From a virus (Duplodnaviria > Caudoviricetes), in IMG/VR virus record IMGVR_UViG_3300045781_000130, positions 1-57,897 of that record: DNA of 57,897 nucleotides. One strand, written 5' to 3'. Below the pieces are notes generated by a model that was not told the origin of the DNA, did no database searches, and saw nothing but the letters and a program-made list of their open reading frames with translations. Both the position numbers and the translations under genes were made by a program. Each line of letters starts with the position of its first letter. Positions within the stretch are counted from its first letter, which is position 1. Positions 55,275 to 57,897 of the stretch are shown here, in pieces.

Positions 55275-57494
55275 ATGAGTGATCCAAATCCGGTAGTTAA
55301 TGAAGCTAAGGATAGGTTTGAGCGGGGGAACAAGTGGGAGGGGAACTGGAGAACTCGCTTTATTCAGGATGTAAAGTTTGCTAATGCAGACTCGGAAAAT
55401 CTCTACCAGTGGGAAAATAAAATCCAGAAAGAGCGCCATCTGGACAATCGCCCATGCTTGACTATTAATAAAACTCATCAGCATAATCTTCTCATTATCA
55501 ATGACGCGAAGGAGAATAAACCTGGAGTGACTGTGCGCCCGATTGGTAATGGGGCGACTTATGAGGCCGCGCAGATCTGGGCCGGAGTTATCCGGAAGAT
55601 TGAGTATATGTCCAACGCCCAGGTCGCGTATGACATTGCTACGGAGTTTCAGGTCCAAGGGGGAAAAGGTTACTGGCGAGTTGTGACTGACTACGCGGAT
55701 GAGGAGTCTTTTGATCAAGACATTTTCATCAAATCCATCGCTGACCCTCTCACTGTTATGATGGACCCTATGGCGAAGGAGCGGGATAAATCCGACGCTC
55801 GTTGGGCTTTTATCTTTGAGGAAGAAGATGATGAAGTCTTGAAAGCCAAGTACCCGAAGCACAAAGACTTGATTGGTACCCAGCCTTTGGATGCTATTGG
55901 AGGTTGGGTGCGGGAAGGGTCTACCAGGGTTGCGGAGTATTACCGTGTGGTAGAGGTGGAAGATAAACTTCACCACATGACTTTGGCTGATGGCACGCAG
56001 ACCACTGCCCGGCGGTCTCTAATTCCTAAAGATCTCCATGCCGAAATCGACGCCAACCCGCTTACCAAAACTCGCATAATCAAAACCAAAAAAGTCGAGT
56101 GGTATTTGATAATCGGCTCGACTGAGGTGGAGAAGCGTGAGTGGCCTGGCTCCACGATCCCGATTGTGCCTCTTCTTGGGGAGGAGACTGTGATTGATGG
56201 CCAGTATGACTGCAAAGGTCATACTAGGTTCATGAAAGACCCTCAACGCATGTACAACTACTGGTCGTCGGCAGCGGTGGAGTTTGGTGCACTGCAGACA
56301 AAAACTCCTTGGATTGCCCCTGTAGAAGCGATTGAGGGGTATGAAGATGACTGGAAAGACGCTAACACGCAGAATAAATCAATTCTTCCTTATAATGCTA
56401 TGAGTGACTCAGGGGAGCCCATCCCTCCACCTCAGCGTATTCAACCCCCCGTGGCCTCGCCGGTGGCTTTGCAGGGTATGCAAATTGCTCAGCAAGAAAT
56501 CATGATGGTGAGTGGGCAGTACCAGTCCTCGATGGGGGAACAGGGGAATGAGCGCTCTGGCAAAGCCATTAACGAACGCCAGAGGCAGGGGGAAAAAGCT
56601 ACCTACCACTTTATCGACAATCTTGGAATTGCGATTAGGCGGACTGGCAAGATTCTCCTTGAACTTATTCCAAAAATATATGATACTAAGCGAGTCCTAA
56701 TGGCACTCGGGGAAGATGGGATGAGTTTCGAGGTGGAATTGGATCCCCAAGCTCAGGAGTTGTTTAGACAGGAACAAGACCATAACTCCGAAGTTGTAAA
56801 GAGGGTGCTTAACCCTGCGCTTGGTCAGTGGGATGTGCAGGCAGACATTGGACCTGCCTACGCTACTAAGAGAGAAGAGGCTTTTAACGCCTTCACCCTT
56901 ATCCTTACTCAGGCTCCCCAACTTGCAGCACTGATAGGCGACCTTTTGCTGCAGGCTGGTGATTTCCCAATGGCAGATGAGGCTGCGGCGAGGCTCAAGC
57001 GCATGGTTCCCCCCGCCGCGCTCGGCAAAGGACCGACACAGAACGAACAGCAATTGCAGCAACAGATCCAGCAACTCCAAGAACTTTTGCAAAAGACTTT
57101 GGAGCAAAATGCTAATGACAGGATTAAGATTAAAGGGCACGCGGAGAAGCGTGATATTGAACTCTTCAATGCAGTCAGCAAGAGATTGCAGGTACTGCAA
57201 CAGGGCGCCCCCTTTGGGCCAGAGGAGCTTAAAGCTCTTGTGGCAGAAGCTATGGAGGAAGCACAGAAAACTTCCCTCGATCCTGCGCAAGGTGAGGTGG
57301 ATAAAGAACTTGGTGTTCCGCAGCAAATGTCGCTTCCCCTCGACCAACCTCCAGTCCCCGGGGCACGTAAGGCTCCAGATGGGGAGTGGTATGCGGAAGA
57401 TCCTCTTCGCAAAGGTAAGTATCTGAAAGTTCGGCATGGGGTGACTCCTCAGTTACTGCAGCAAGGTTTTCTCGGTGCCAACGGGCAGAGGTAA
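55275..57494 (+). CDS. Portal protein, P22-like
   Basis: RPCLTINK, KDPQRMYNYW, SGKAI..RQ, GPAYATKR. Confidence 0.9.
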   Translation: MSDPNPVVNEAKDRFERGNKWEGNWRTRFIQDVKFANADSENLYQWENKIQKERHLDNRPCLTINKTHQHNLLIINDAKENKPGVTVRPIGNGATYEAAQIWAGVIRKIEYMSNAQVAYDIATEFQVQGGKGYWRVVTDYADEESFDQDIFIKSIADPLTVMMDPMAKERDKSDARWAFIFEEEDDEVLKAKYPKHKDLIGTQPLDAIGGWVREGSTRVAEYYRVVEVEDKLHHMTLADGTQTTARRSLIPKDLHAEIDANPLTKTRIIKTKKVEWYLIIGSTEVEKREWPGSTIPIVPLLGEETVIDGQYDCKGHTRFMKDPQRMYNYWSSAAVEFGALQTKTPWIAPVEAIEGYEDDWKDANTQNKSILPYNAMSDSGEPIPPPQRIQPPVASPVALQGMQIAQQEIMMVSGQYQSSMGEQGNERSGKAINERQRQGEKATYHFIDNLGIAIRRTGKILLELIPKIYDTKRVLMALGEDGMSFEVELDPQAQELFRQEQDHNSEVVKRVLNPALGQWDVQADIGPAYATKREEAFNAFTLILTQAPQLAALIGDLLLQAGDFPMADEAAARLKRMVPPAALGKGPTQNEQQLQQQIQQLQELLQKTLEQNANDRIKIKGHAEKRDIELFNAVSKRLQVLQQGAPFGPEELKALVAEAMEEAQKTSLDPAQGEVDKELGVPQQMSLPLDQPPVPGARKAPDGEWYAEDPLRKGKYLKVRHGVTPQLLQQGFLGANGQR

Positions 57495-57497
57495 GTT

Positions 57498-57897
57498 ATG
57501 AAAAGACTTTTTCTTCTTGGGCTCCTTTTTGCCTCTCCTTGCGAAGCTCAGGTCTCTAGGTCTGAGTTGACGAGTGACAATGTAGCGGTGTTTAAAAGCT
57601 GCGGGTCTGGTTGTATAACTGGACCTATGCTGCAAAACTGGAATAATTTAATCATCAATTCTGTTGGAGTACTTAAAGATAATAATATCTGGACTGGTAC
57701 CAATACTTTTCTTCAAGGATTGGTGGGCGACGGCTCGGCGCTGACGGTTTCGGGTCGCCCTCTCGGCAACGTCGAAACGGGATGGGCCGTCACGCCCTAT
57801 GAATATGGCGCGGTCGGCGCGGGCCATGACGCGGCGGCGATCAATGCGGCCATCGCGGCGGTATCGGTGGTTGGCGGGCGCGTCATCATCCCGAATC
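57498..57897 (+). CDS. 3'-truncated signal-peptide tailspike-like protein
   Basis: MKRLFLLGLLFASPCEA|Q..CGSGCITG..then ALTVSGRP..TPYEYGAVG; frame open to the window end. Confidence 0.75.
   Translation, partial: MKRLFLLGLLFASPCEAQVSRSELTSDNVAVFKSCGSGCITGPMLQNWNNLIINSVGVLKDNNIWTGTNTFLQGLVGDGSALTVSGRPLGNVETGWAVTPYEYGAVGAGHDAAAINAAIAAVSVVGGRVIIPN
57737..57897 (+). repeat. 161-bp repeat, copy 2
   Basis: Matches 1284-1444 in the same reading frame. Confidence 0.95.

Noticed and set aside
57737-57897. End repeat as a direct terminal repeat or proof of a complete circle
   Set aside because: It matches internal 1284-1444 rather than position 1 and has 2 mismatches; both terminal ORFs are truncated

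Overview
This window looks like a nearly complete, circularly permuted genome of a P22-like podophage (about 58 kb). The host is probably an Alphaproteobacterium, a tentative inference from the GC-rich accessory genes. The + strand late region runs from about 48.9 kb to the end and from 1 to 20.4 kb. It carries a TerS candidate, endolysin, TerL, portal, several fibre/spike genes, an ADP-ribosyltransferase, scaffold, P22-type coat, gp4/gp10-like tail proteins, ejection proteins, a tail fibre and holin-like genes. The - strand early/replication region (20.5-48.2 kb) carries an intein-containing DUF3987-like helicase, an HNH nuclease, a split PolA with a UDG-like domain, a ParB-methyltransferase fusion, SSB, an amber-interrupted Tad1, tRNA-Pro, a DfrB homologue, a Cas4/RecB-like nuclease, a GHKL ATPase and a UvrD-like helicase. 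I found no integrase, CRISPR array or reverse transcriptase. Most unusual signals: (1) seven late fibre/appendage genes carry Sec signal peptides, and the six complete ones have even numbers of cysteines, suggesting periplasmic export and disulfide folding of virion parts; (2) a 26-bp palindrome occurs six times around the genome, alongside a ParB(CTPase-HTH)-methyltransferase fusion; (3) a structured capsid leader RNA that hides its own RBS; (4) a shared C-terminal L-x-D/E-L-G-L/I tail on four early proteins. All family calls come from motif recognition by eye; no database searches were run.
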